Positions 50,839-63,530 of a DNA stretch of 64,000 bases are shown one piece after another; within the stretch, counting starts at the first letter, position 1, and each line of letters begins with the position of its first letter. This DNA is from Dicyema japonicum (Eukaryota > Animalia > Dicyemida). Where the stretch lies: the NCBI GenBank assembly GCA_011109175.1, contig RDEW01000033.1:558001-622000 (forward strand), given 5' to 3'. The notes beneath the pieces were generated by a model. That model saw nothing but the letters and a program-made list of their open reading frames with translations, did not search any database and was not told where the DNA came from. A program made the translations under genes and the position numbers.

Positions 50839-51367
50839 TATTCAAAAAATTATGTTAGTTATATAATTCGTCGGATTTGACACGGGTGATGGCAAGAGGC
50901 TAGATTGCGTATGCCGTAGAACCAAAGGAGTGTCGATTGGGATTCAACGTGCACAGACACTGAAGGAATCCCCTCAACTCATCGTTGGTTCTGCAGCAAG
51001 TATTTCTGAAGATTTGAAATGGAGGAAGTACCGTGATATTGGGATCGATTCGCCTTCCACCCGATCTCCGTTGAGACGTCGGCGTGCTTGTCCCCAGCAC
51101 AACAAAATTCACCAGGTTGATTAGGTGGTTTGCAGGACTGAGAAAGGAAGAGCCTATAATGGCACAATAGCTCTTCCACAACATCGGGCTCGCGATCATG
51201 AAGGGTAACTCCTATTGTGTGCTTAATGCCTGAAAATTGACTTTTAATTAATTTTCTTGAATTTATTTATATTCTGCCTACTTATTACAGTCATCTACCA
51301 AAATAATCATTTTATAAATTTAAACAAAACACATTTATAAATAAATATTAGTAAACATAAGCAAAAA

Positions 51368-52396
51368 TCATATAAAGTAGGGAGTAATAATTCCAGCAGG
51401 TATGACTCTGTCCTGATCGGGGACCGCATCAAACACCATCACAGACCTAGTGAGGTCACAGTTTATCCTCATAATGGCTGCCTGATTTCCACACCGGTAA
51501 CAATAGTTGGGGGCTGACCAGATTGTCACAACCTTATCATCAAACATGTACTTGATCCCTAAACTCACAATCGCCACCAACCCTCATTCACCAACTGGTG
51601 GGCTCGGCAGATCAGAGAGAGCTCGTTTACACGACAAAACTACGATTACTAAAATCACTACTGAGTTGGCCACCGAGGATCCAAATAGCCAACCTGCCCC
51701 TCGTGGGCTTATACTCCAAGACTCGACCTCTTCTGGATCAGACCAAAGAAGATCAGAGAAAGCCCCTGTGTTAGGAACTTCTTGATTTCTGTTGAGTAAT
51801 CTGACCTGGTCGAGGGTATTCAAGTGCGGACTGAGGCCTCCGTGTACACAAAACACGTGCCCACCGACAATCTAAAATTTCCATATAATAATACAGCAGT
51901 AAGAGTGAGGTAGTCGAAGACCTCACAGCAGTGTCTCCAGGCGGATGAATTCCCGTACTTATTGAGACATTCGTCGTAAAATCCATAGACCTTGGTAATG
52001 TTCCGCGTCTCATGGTTTCCCCGGATAAGGGTAATCCTGTTGGGGCACTTTGCCTTGAGCAGGAGAAGGTAAGTCAGTGTCTCAAGACTGTAATGACCCC
52101 TGTCCACGTAGTCACCCTGAATCGGTCAAAACTATTACCAGAAATATGTAATTTGTGGTTTCCACGTCACCCCCGATTTCAAAGAGCCGGATCAGGTCGT
52201 AAAACTGACCGTGAATGTCCCCACAAATTGTCACGGGAAGATCTACTCGTTGGACGTTGGACTCCTCCATTAGAATCTCAATAACATAGCTGCAGAGGTT
52301 CTAGGCGAATTAAACTAAAAGTGATACTCTGAGACAAGATTCCGGGAGATATTTGCATTCCTTGCAAATTGAGATCCATTTATCGAGATCACACAT
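51368..52396 (-). CDS. PPP6C: Serine/threonine protein phosphatase 6 catalytic subunit
   Basis: '[10 protein letters not shown]', '[11 protein letters not shown]', 'GDYVDRG', 'IRGNHETR', '[10 protein letters not shown]', '[22 protein letters not shown]', C-terminal 'DRVIP..IITPYFI'; 22-27 nt introns. Confidence 0.93.
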
Positions 52397-52510
52397 CAAA
52401 CAATTTTTAAAAAGATAAAAAATAGCATTTAATTATTAAAAACTTAATCCTCTAAAATATTATATCGATTATATTAAATAATCAGTTAATTTATCCCCAG
52501 TAAAGCATAT

Positions 52511-53340
52511 TTAAAACTGCCATCCATCCAAAGTGGACCCCGCCGACATTATCGACGTTGCGTTGCCTCTCACGATTGCAACAGAGATCAACTGGAGTAG
52601 CCACCGGGTCTCACGTGCGTCGTGGCTTTTTAGTGTAGCTAAGCGTCCAAGTTTCTTTAGGAAGCGAAGCGATTTTCCACTTATTCCTCCAGTTGTCTCG
52701 ACCACTATCGGATAAAACGCGAATCGGTCGCGTAGCGCTTCGTACTTCTTCTCCTTTGCCATCATCGTTTTTTCCGCGGAATACAGTGTGTCTACCGCGC
52801 TCCCGACAATGTTGGACGGGCAAAGCGTGTCGACACAAGTAGCGTCCCAGACCAAAGGTTTCCCCTCTTCGAATGGGAAAATTGTGATCCCGTCGGGACG
52901 TTTTCCGTCTCCTCTGTCCAGACCAACAGGTTCTAGTATGGCTGGGTATCCCGCAGACTCCAGGGCTCGCTTGACAATTCCGTTGATCGCCTTGTGTCTT
53001 GGGAATCGTCCTGCACTCCTTCGACAAGAGAGGGCATGGAGTCCATAACAATCGACGGTTGCGCCACATCGGCATTTGTGGGTCCGGCAAATCTCCAGTC
53101 CAAGTCTGGTGGAGATGCCGATGCGGACAGTATCGTCGTCAAGATGGGTCCCGACACTGCCAACTGGGAGTGCATTGATCCATGCGCCACTCGATTCGCA
53201 TCTTCCAGTGACTAGACATGCACGTCTGTGTTGGTTTGATTGGTTCAGAAGCCTCTCATATTTATCCTCGCAGATGGTCCTGTAACGATCTTTCTGCTCA
53301 GGCATCATCCCCTTCAAATGCTCCATCTCTGTGATTTCAG
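52511..53340 (-). mobile_element. CRE-like REL non-LTR retrotransposon, 5'-truncated with open 271-aa frame
   Basis: 'SGAWINALP..GTHL', CCHC 'CRCGATVDCYGLHALSC..RH', REL 'KRPDG...LVWDATCVD...KEKKY...VETTG', 'ISVAIVRGNA'. Confidence 0.92.
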
Positions 53341-53429
53341 ATGATTAATTAAAATAAATAAAAACTTAATTAAAATAAATAAATTTAAAATTAATAAACA
53401 TTTTGCGGCTAGATTCCGGGATGAATCAA

Positions 53430-53582
53430 AGCACCTTTGCAAACAGTCGCCGATTCGTACATGTGTGGGATCGAGAAAGGAACATCGGGCAAAGATGAGA
53501 ACTTTATTCGAACATATCGGGATCACGTGATAATTAGTTATGATTTTTGACCGTGGTCTTGGGGTGTTTAAATAAATAAACA
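53430..53582 (+). mobile_element. Family B-related LINE 3' end
   Basis: GGGATCACGTGATA...ACCGTGGTCTTGGGGTGTTTAAATAAATAAA. Confidence 0.8.
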
Positions 53583-54299
53583 TTTCGTTGACGGCCTTGC
53601 TGTCAACCACGTGGCTTGAATTATGTGATATCGTCATTATCGCAAAGACACCGTCCCACTGAAATTTTCACTGAACGAAGGGGCTCAGTAATTTTCAGGG
53701 GATGAACCATTTTCTTTGTCTTCTTATCTCTTTGGGTAGCAACAACCTCTGGACTCCTTATTGGATTCCGTATAGGTGGAGTCACATCATAATTGTGTCA
53801 GTTTCAGAACTGACAGAATAAGCGACCAGAATCAAATAAATCACGAAAACTGTCTCCAAATGCACATTTATGTTAACTGACATTACACAACGTAGCTTTG
53901 ATCATTGGCATTTGAACTCACGGACTTGAACGTCAAAAAATATTTGGCGTCGCTAATCAGCTGGTCTGTCGAATACGAAAAGATGAGTGACCATAACCAG
54001 ATCTTTTTGAACTTTAAAACACAAAGTTCTCAAATAATTCTGGCAACCCTAATCATCTATGACCTCACCAATTAGAAAGGCTTAAATAATACGACGTAGG
54101 ACTCATGGAAGCCGACCATCCGACCTCCATCAACGAAATGGTTAAATGTAAGATTATCTGCAATGCAAGGAAACGAATCATCTCAATGATATCATCCCTT
54201 TCCCTCCAGATACTTTGAGTAAAAATAAAACAAAAAATAAAAGAACCAAACAAGGGGAAGTCCTCAGCCGACAATCCTGATAATCCAGAATCCATTTCC

Positions 54300-55100
54300 T
54301 CAACAAGGAAATTACCAAATCTTAAAAGACAAAAGCGTGAAACGTTGTGAGAAGCTATCCAAAGTTCTCATTGGAAACCCTTCTATGAAGGAGTTCTGGA
54401 ACAAAATTAAATTTTAAGAGGTCCACCACCGATCGACACAAAGATGTCCATGTGGAATCAAACTCCTTAATGAAGTTTTGTACATCTATATCCCACAAAA
54501 ACTCGAACGACCACCAAGTCTATCTGAAGAAGATAAATCAAGACAATCAAATTATTGTACCTGGTATGAAATCCGACGAGCATTCTCAACCAGTGGAGGT
54601 CATAGAAGAAATGCTTGATTCTGACCCCATATTTTCTCATCTACGGATTGAGATTTTCCCAACAAAATCATTTGTAACATTGTTTACTACGTGTAAACGG
54701 AACGACAACATCAAAACAATAATCCTCCTTAATAATAAGATTATTAAAATGAATAGCACACAAACATCATGGGAGTTATGTTTGACCAGGGACTTTCTTA
54801 TCCCTAACATGTTTTGACAGTCCTGGATTAAGAGAATGATAATCCTAAAATCGTCTTAAAAGCTCTTGGAGCAATGCTGGATCTCTTACTAATATCTAAG
54901 ACAATTTGCCTGACCAGTAGTGACTATGAGAGTGCAACGTGGTTAATGGACATTTCCCATACCTCAATGAATAAATTGAACAAGATCCACGAAGCTATCA
55001 ACAGAATTATCGGCCATAATTTACAGTCTACGACTTTTGAATCACTTCTACTCAAACCACAACGAAAATTAGTGAGGGAGACAAATTTAAAAAAGTGCCT
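54300..55100 (+). mobile_element. Very decayed non-LTR RT remnant
   Basis: 'EFWNKIK', 'PGMKSD', 'DLLLISK...ATWL' in broken frames. Confidence 0.45.
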
Positions 55101-55309
55101 TTACGACATTGTTATCAAATACATCAAAAATCACTAGAGATACAAAATGACTCAGAACCCTATATGGAGAGCGGTTCAGAATGTCAAAATGCCGTCCAAC
55201 CTTCAAATTCTCATCTTAGTCTGATGTTCCCCCTCGAGCACACTCAAGCACGTATGTTACCAGTGGATGCTTTCCCTTTTTGTGATATAATTGGATATAC
55301 CAATGGTGG

Positions 55310-55690
55310 TGTATATGTTATGTTATCCAAATTAAGTCGTGTCCGACCCTTGAGATCTCATGAACCAATTTTCTCCACTCTCTCCGATCCGTCGCAATTT
55401 GGAGTAGCCTTGATATAGGCATTCCCATGACGTCTTCTACCGTGGATAGCCACTGAGTCCTCGGTCGACCAGGTCTTCTCTTCCCAGTAATATTGCTCAC
55501 CATAATGGTTCTTTCCAGGGAATCAGAGCGGACAACATGCCCAAAGAACGCCAATCTGTGTTTTTTCTATTCTTCCTTCTAGCGAAATGTATGCCTCCAC
55601 CCGTTTGAGTACATCGGTGTTTGTTATTTTGGAAGTCCAAGGGATTCTTAGTAAACTCCTCCAGCACCAAAGTTCAAAAGCATCAATTTT
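55310..55690 (-). mobile_element. BovB-like RTE LINE 3' fragment
   Basis: 'DAFELWCWRSLLRIPWTSKITN', 'FFGHVVR...GKRRPGRPRTQWL...DRREWR'; 3' end GGGTCGGACACGACTTAA plus TAACA repeats. Confidence 0.8.
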
Positions 55691-55829
55691 TCATCTATCC
55701 GCCTTTTTGTGAGTATAATGTAATATATTATCACGCCCTAAAATTAGATCACTACCCGAACATGCCAGATATTGCAAATCATTGCAGAGAGCTACGCTAA
55801 AAGGCAAACACGTCAGACGAGAGTAAAAA

Positions 55830-57647
55830 AAAGAGCTTAATATCCAACAAAGGGAACTAAATGGAAAATCAAAAAGATGAACAGAAAACACTCACGGGAA
55901 ATTATTACATCCCGATTAAAAGATGTGGAATGCCTAAAGACAATTCAAGGATGTATGCGGCTTTGCGGCTGCTGCGGACAAAGAAAGGACAAAACACCCT
56001 TCACATCAAAGACAAAGATGGAAAATTCGTGGGTAACCCGGAAAAAAAGCAGAATTGATTGCACTACACTTCGAAACACTGTTGAATAAAGAAAATAAGG
56101 ACTTTCCCCCTTTCCAAGGAGAAGCAACGGCGCTAAAAATCCCAATCACAGTGGAAGAGGTGGAATTAACGAAATAAACTAAAGAACAACAAGAGTGCTA
56201 GGCCGGATAACATAAGCCCTGAGCTCCTAAAATATGGGCCAAAAAAACTTAGCGACACAATTGCAAAAACCTTAAATGACATCTTTGAAACTGATACCGA
56301 TCTAGGACTTGGAAATGGATTATTAATACCCATACAAAAACCGAACAAATCAAAGGGACCAATAAAAAATCTCCACCCGATAATACTTCTGAATTCGATA
56401 CGCAAGGTGCTGGCAAACATTGCACTAAGCCGGATAAAGGGTATGGCGGACCTACCAGCAAGTCAAAGTGGGTTCCGAACAGGGAGGTCTACGGCAGACA
56501 TTGTATGGAGCCACAGATGGCGCTGCGCAACGCACCAAAGATTCAAGAGCGCAACGACCGTGTTGGGAATAGATCTTTCCAGAGCTTTCGACTCAATACA
56601 GACAGAAACTGATAAATGTGCTTGAAAATATTGGATGAATCGTCGGTTAGGATAATCAGTCTACTACTTGCGAACACAAGACTATCTGTGAGGACAGAAG
56701 GAGCAACTTCCCGCAGTTTCAAAACAACGATTGGGACACCCCAAGGTGATTCCCTTTCCCTTTACTATTCACCATATACCATGAATCTGCACTCCGCGAT
56801 CTCCGTAAATGCTACATAGGAGACATAGAAGAGACATCTTAAGCGGATGATGTAGATTTCGAATCACGGGATGCGACCGAACTCCATCACCTACTAGAAA
56901 ATGCACCTGCGGAGCTTGAGAAATGGTTTCTCAGCGTAAATGAAAACAAAACTGAAATTAAGGAAATCAAAAGAGAAAACTAAATTACTCATGAAAGATG
57001 GATACGTAGTAATAAGCTCGGCTCTCTACTAGGAGACGCTACTAAGGAGGAAAACACTGGAAAATGCGGCAATGGCTAAACTGAAGAAAGGATGGCTAAG
57101 AGCCAAAGGACATGGAATTGACATCAGATGCATGCTTTACAACGGGTTTGTGAAACCGATCCTACTGTACAACGCTGGAACATAGGGAAGTTCCTTCAAC
57201 GAACTATTGAAACTGGATTCATTTCATAGAAAGGAACTAAGAAGCTTACTCAGAATGGAGTGGCCACGTAGAATATCAACCACTGGTATTTACAACAAGT
57301 GTATGTGATTTACATCAGCAAGGATGTGATAGATGTCCGGTGGAGGGTATTTGGGCATGTACTAAGAATGAACCCGGACCCACTCGCTAACAAAGCTATA
57401 GAAGATTACTTTGACAGACGAAAACCCTTCCGCACGATTAGATCGACACTTCCGACTGCCTTAAACAAAGACCTAAATCGTGTGAGAAAAAATCTAAAGA
57501 CGGGTGACGACCTGGACGAATTGAGATCACTCGCATTCGATAGAGGAAGATGGAAAAGACTAACTATAAATATTGTTTCTTTGAGTGTTCCACATGCGGG
57601 GCTATAAACACTATGGCTTTCGTGAAAGGTGCCATAATAATAATGTA
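55830..57647 (+). mobile_element. RTE-clade LINE family A, long copy with frameshifts
   Basis: 'KNLHPIILLNSIRK', 'SQSGFRTGRSTADIVW', 'GIDLSRAFDS', 'GTPQGDS'; ORF end at 57607; (TAA)n tail at ~57634-57645. Confidence 0.92.
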
Positions 57648-57934
57648 ATCTATACTGCCACTGACACGTCTTGTATCGCTTTATAGATTGCATGTGCTTA
57701 TTCTGTTCTACTTGATTCCTAAAAACTCATATGAAAAGACATCAAAAGCCTCCATTGAGCAGCCACAAAGCCTTTAACGTTCAAGATTCATTGAAGATTG
57801 CAGAGGAGATGTTGCAAGAAATGCGTGAAAATTCCCTGATCATTACTTTTTAATTATTTTATTTTTAAAAAAAAGATTAATGATTTTAAATAAAATAAAT
57901 AAACCCGGGCGTAATACCTAATGTGATCACAATA

Positions 57935-59270
57935 TGGTAATATTAGGAATAAGAAAATCGAATCCGTAATAAAGAAGTTTGTCAAATCCTTGCCTACCCC
58001 ACTCAAATTACCCAAAGAAGGACTTTCAAAGTAGTTAAAGCTCTTTTTGTTAGATTGGTAAACTGCCGCCAACTAGACTGGCTGTGGCCAATTCTCTCAG
58101 AATGTGTGATGGAGGAAAAGCATGATTTTTAAATTACGTTTAGAGAGGTTTTACAAGTCAGGACTAATCTTTCAATGTATTCTCTATATAATTAACTAGA
58201 TATGCGAGAACTGATTTGACACGTGGGCTCACCACTGCAGAGTCACTTTCCCGACTGATTTCGTTTCTTTCAGCTGTGAATAGACGACTGGATGGTCTTA
58301 TTGAGAATGTCAAGACACAACTGGTTGTCTCCAATCAGATTTGTGACTTGGAGAGAGGGACTGTCTCTCATTTGATGTGGATGTCTACGGAGAGATCTGT
58401 CGTGAAATAACCGACCAAATCAAAACCAGAATATGTCAACAGAAAACTGAGAGAGTTGGGAAGGAACTGCTTCAAGCAGAGGATGACTTAAAAGCCTGTG
58501 GGACCGAGTCATCCATGTTGGCTAGAGTAGCTCTGATGGTTTGGGACTCTGTTATTCTCAGAAATTGTTGAATGAGTATAATATGGAGCACGAGAAGATG
58601 ACTGCCCTTAATAGTGAACGTGATCAGCTGCTTGAAACTGTCACTGGAGAACTGTGTTCAAGGTTAACTCGAAGGGACCTCCATGTGACTGAGGAGAGAC
58701 TCAGAGATATGGTTGTCGATCACTTTAATAATTATAGCTCGCATTTGTTGGAAATGCGGCAAAAACTAGACGAATTAAGGACTATTCGGGGATCAGTCAC
58801 ACTTCCAAACCAGTAATTAACCACGTGATCGAGGGTAACTTCGATGTTTGTCGGAGATTGGTGTGTGCTGAACAACTCCTTCGACAGATCCTCGACCTTG
58901 TAGGAAGGGTTAAAATGTCTTTATTCTAGCTGACGCAAATATCCGTGGAGAACGACTGGATTTTGCGGGAGGCCTTCAGGGGAAACTGTTCGGACCTCTT
59001 CTCTGCTGTTATTCGGTCTTTGAAGTCCCACATGGATCAGTTAAGTAATCTTACTAGGCATGCTGTAAGCACGTGTGTGGTAAATCTTCCTTATTCCCCG
59101 ATTAGTATCGAATCTTGTGGAGTGGAAGGTATTTGGTTAATTATGTAGATATTGCGTTGGGGATGAACTAGGAAAGGTTGAGAGCACCTTGAAGGACTAT
59201 TGTGCTGTTTGGGAGAACAAACTGCGTTGTATTGATAATTCTAAATCTATTTTTGATTGATAATTTGTGG
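57935..59270 (+). CDS. Multi-exon alpha-helical/coiled-coil protein, family uncertain (weak ZW10/CATCHR-like hint)
   Basis: Consecutive ORF exons 58216-59148 separated by ~22-26 nt GT-AG introns; 'RRDLHV' recalls ZW10. Confidence 0.55.
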
Positions 59271-59396
59271 GCTGCTGTCTAATATTTTTGAAAGTTCTCG
59301 TTTGAACTAAAGTTATTCAGGAAAGACAAATTGACACTTTAGGAGTTATACAGCAACTTCCATGATTGTTTGGCTAAGGATTGCAAACAAATTCAC

Positions 59397-59693
59397 TCAA
59401 ATAGGTAGCAGCGGAGATTCCCGATGTCGAGATTCGATTCTCAGTCGACTCAGGAATTCGGACGTCGAGGGCGAAATGGAACAGTATATTTCTAGTAGGA
59501 GTGGAACGAACATAACATCATCGGGTTTGTGGCGTATTTTGTTTCTTTTGATCACTTGTCCTTTTCGGAGGTCGAGCACGTCTTGAAGCACTTTGGTGTA
59601 GGTGTTTGGGGCTAATGTTTCGGTCCAGTTATCTTTGATTTTTGATATTCTTTTTGCTCAAGCTTTACGGAGTTTTTTATTTGCTTTGGACAT
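59397..59693 (-). other. ~99-codon frame with one internal TGA, unidentified
   Basis: ATG at 59693: 'MSKANKKLRKA*AKRISKIKDNW...PLLPI'. Confidence 0.3.
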
Positions 59694-62061
59694 CTACCCT
59701 TACTCACTGAGGGAGTTCACAAGACTGAAAGGACTGGACACTTAAAGAACCTTTGACGGTTTCCTAAATATTTTTATTTATTGTCGCATTTTGGGATGTA
59801 AAGCTCGATTACTAAAGCAAACCTCAAATAAAATATCATCAGTAGACTCCGTTTATGATTTTGATGTCTGCCGTTCTTTTAAGTATCCCCCGTATCTCCA
59901 GGAGGAAGGCTAATGACTCCTTAGAGATTAATTCAACAATTAACCCTTCTGGGTAAAAATTACCTGTCTGACTACAAGAAAAAGGAACATCTATGAAATA
60001 CTAAAGCACATGGAACGATATTAGCGTATTTTTGCACGTGGTAAGACAAATTCAAGATACATTGAAAAATGTTGGCTTTTCTTTTTCATATGAACACCAA
60101 ATTCTTAGGTTTTATTAACTCTGTGGTGCAGTTTCTCTCAGATATACTTTTAATGTGAACTGGTCTTAATGTATACTTAGAGCCAATATTACGTACTGGT
60201 TTTGGCTCCAATGATCTCCAGTTGATTTATTTTCAAAAAAATCGATTCAAGTAACTGACTAACAACTTTAATATTACCAGATTTGTAGTTAGTTTGTTGG
60301 GTTTTTGATAAAGTTATTTATCTAAGCATATCATTTGCTCCTCTTAAAGTCGAAAATAAATTTTACTCATGATTTGCATGGAAATGTGCTCAATAAGCCA
60401 GCTTCTCTCTTAGTTATGTTTGAGACCGTAGTGTTTTAATGCAAGATATTTGTGTGCCATAATAATCTCTCATAAAGGATAAGATGGGTATATGGGGCCC
60501 ATTTATCTTTTGGACGAATGTCTTGAAGATCGAGGCTAGTAGGAAAAGAGCCTCCAAAATCACCACGAGGAAGTGATCCACGTCGAAATTCAAATTTGGA
60601 CACGAAAAAACACATTGAAACTTATTCAAACAGTTCTTCAGAACTACTCTGAACTATGCTAGTTCCTGCTGGTGATTCCCACTAAAATTTACAAAAACTT
60701 CTAAAAATCGTGGTTTGCGATTAATTACCAGTTGTAGCTTGCGTATACCTGTATACCATCTACATTGGGAAATTATTTCTCCTAAACATACAATTTCTCA
60801 ATGTCTTAACAAATCCTCTGCATCCCTGCAATGACTTAACCGAAACAAAATATTTAAGACATTGTTTCTACGGCCATAGACAGCAGACGGATGCTAATGA
60901 AGATTCCTCCACAATTTTAAAAAGTCCCCCACGACGATCCACAATTTGTATCAACTAAGGCCATTCGTTGACTAAAAGAAATGCCCTCTTAGACAGTTTC
61001 CCCCAATATATGCTTCAGAAGCTTCCTCATAAAGAATCTAGAAAAATTCTATCGCAAATTCGCTCCAGATATTTTCATCTCTGAAGTGGATCAGAGTTTG
61101 GATCCCTTGAAGGTATTATCAATAAAATTCAACACTCTCAGTTGGACGTTTGATGGCAGCCGACCTCCGACATGTTAAGTGAGGTCCGGCAACTAACTAA
61201 TGCAGCGTCCTCTACATAATAGCAACACTGTGTTTCGCGGACTGCTTTTGAGTTACTTCCCGCTTGTCTCTCAGTACGTGAACCGATCCAAAAAGTATTT
61301 CCCAAATGCCCAAACAGCGTGGGTTGGGGTATTATTTCCAATGGACGAACTTTCTCAAAGATCTTGGAACAATATAACAATCACTTCACACTTTTGGAGA
61401 CCATAAAAAACCTCAACCAACACCCCCTGATTCGTTTTAGTTCGGCATGCTTTCTTGTGAGGGTATAAACCAGAAAGAATCATTCTACGTGAGAGCATTC
61501 TTGTGACCTCAGTAGTCTGCGGAGTCTGCCATCGAACAGGATTCTATGTTGTTGCTTTAATAAATGCATTCTAGTTGGTTGGATACCAATCCATGACGTC
61601 GGGACTATTCTCGACAATGAAAGCCTTCACATTGGCAGCTAGTCCCTTGGTTTGGATGTTCGTGAGGCTCATGCCGACGCGGCAAGATAATTGATCGAAA
61701 AAGTATCCACCCCCTCTCCTGAAAGAAGAGCCATGGAAGATTTCTCAGGCATGCGACCATAATGATATTATTAAATGTAGTCTGAAAAACTGTTGGATTC
61801 CTTTCCATCATCGAACCTGTTGAACTAACTCTAGGGGATGGGAGAAAGCCGGGGATGACGATCTTTTGGCAAAGGAGGGTCCGTCGTATGGGTAACCTGT
61901 GTTGATGCCTTTTCCTCGACGAATATGATACCCAGTACAAACTCGACCTGTTCGCGCTGTCTCCCCCGAATGAGGAAGTTCGTTGGTTCCGCGATCGCAA
62001 TGCCAACTGTCTCTTGGCAGTTGGTGGCTGACTTGTTTCCTTTATCTAATAAAAATAATAA

Positions 62062-62565
62062 TCAAAACAAATTATAAAAATAATATAAAACATTGTCAAG
62101 ATTTAAATTTGTTAAAAAGTCGTAATTCCATCTCTTCCAATGACAAATCAGAACTTGAGGAATATTAATATCACAATTATCCCTCTCAGCTCGCACAGCT
62201 TCTGCATTTGTCCTCCTTATTCTTTCCATTGTGTCAGTCTTTGGTGCTTTCCTGGAGGCCTCCTTTTCCCGCCTTTCAATGTCCTCTATCAATTTCTGCC
62301 GTTTCACTGCCCGTTGACTATTTCTAATAGCAATTTCTCGGCGTGTTTTGTACAGTCTGTCATATTTTGACCTCAGTAGGGGATCTGTCAAGACATCCAT
62401 ACAATCAGCTAAAAGTTTGAACTCTTCAGCGGCCTTTTTGTCTCCTGAGCACTTATCGGGATGATATTTAAGGCATTTCTTCCTGTAAGCACGCCTTATT
62501 TCTTTATCTGTAGAATCTATCGATACATCCAATCTTGAATAAATGTCCAACGAGAATACATCCAT
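62062..62565 (-). CDS. DNAJC17: J-domain protein, DNAJC17-like (3' end may be spliced)
   Basis: 'DIYSRLDV...EIRRAYRKKCLKYHPDK...DVLTDPLLRSKYD...KRQKLIEDIERREK'. Confidence 0.85.
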   Translation of the reverse strand: MDVFSLDIYSRLDVSIDSTDKEIRRAYRKKCLKYHPDKCSGDKKAAEEFKLLADCMDVLTDPLLRSKYDRLYKTRREIAIRNSQRAVKRQKLIEDIERREKEASRKAPKTDTMERIRRTNAEAVRAERDNCDINIPQVLICHWKRWNYDFLTNLNLDNVLYYFYNLF

Positions 62566-62769
62566 ACTTTTTATTCAAATATTTATTAAATTAATTTTAA
62601 ATTATTTAAATGAAAATTATTTTATTTTTTGTGGTTGTCTTTTTCGCCCGTTAAGTGGCCTTCATACAAGCCATCTCCCTAACCAGCACGTTATCAAAAA
62701 TTTTTAAAAACTAGTACTATCGGTCATTACTGTGGATTTTTATCGATCTGCATTCCAACACGGTTTTCG

Positions 62770-63530
62770 ATCTATCTCAATTCATTGCTGATGGATTTAA
62801 TACTACCCCACCACAATGGTCTCCATCGACATAAACAAGGCCTCCGACACAGTCCAGAGTAAACTTCTCATTTGGAAGATTTCGAAAGTACATCCAAACC
62901 TAAAGCTGCTAAGGGTCAACTTTTTTTGGAAGACGTGGAGAGTCATCTATGGTCACCTCAGATCAGAGTCATGACTACTACAAACGGAGTACCCAAGGTT
63001 TCTCCATTTTTTCTACTCTCTTCAACCTATTCATATATCTTTACCAAATGATGGGGACGAAGACTCCTCTTTACTATCCTACGCGGATGATTTAATCATG
63101 GTAACACGTCGACGCGAGTTACAATTTCTAATGCCCAGTTGAAAGTAAATATTGTCTACGATTGATTGCCAACCAACCGCCTTAAGATTTCGGCCGAAAA
63201 AACGGTATGTACTTTATTGCCAGACCGTCGTTCCGAAGAAGATCTGAGAATTTTCATTGGGTCTGTTCAGATACCAGTAACAAGGTCTCCCTCAATTTAT
63301 GGATTAAAGTACGAAAAGCTATTGAATTTAAACTCTCATGCGAAGAAAGTCCTCACTGTGCGTTGTATGTGCACTTGTCTGGAGGACTTCTTTGAACTGA
63401 TGGTTGTGTTGCAACACTCTACAAGGAAATGATCGCACTGGCCATGAAGTATGCTTCTGTTGCGTGGAGATGAATTGACGTAAATGCTTGAATATGACTG
63501 AAATGATTTTAATTCTATATGAATTTTCGA
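62770..63530 (+). mobile_element. Decayed Jockey/I-like RT remnant
   Basis: 'SIDINKASDTV', 'NGVP', 'YADDL', 'LKISAEKT'. Confidence 0.7.

Noticed and set aside
50880-51230. Possible SET-domain gene ('GWKANRS')
   Set aside because: One weak motif only; other SET motifs are absent. Likely a small gene of unknown product, as are 27700-28070, 28800-29630, 53600-54295 and 61400-62010.
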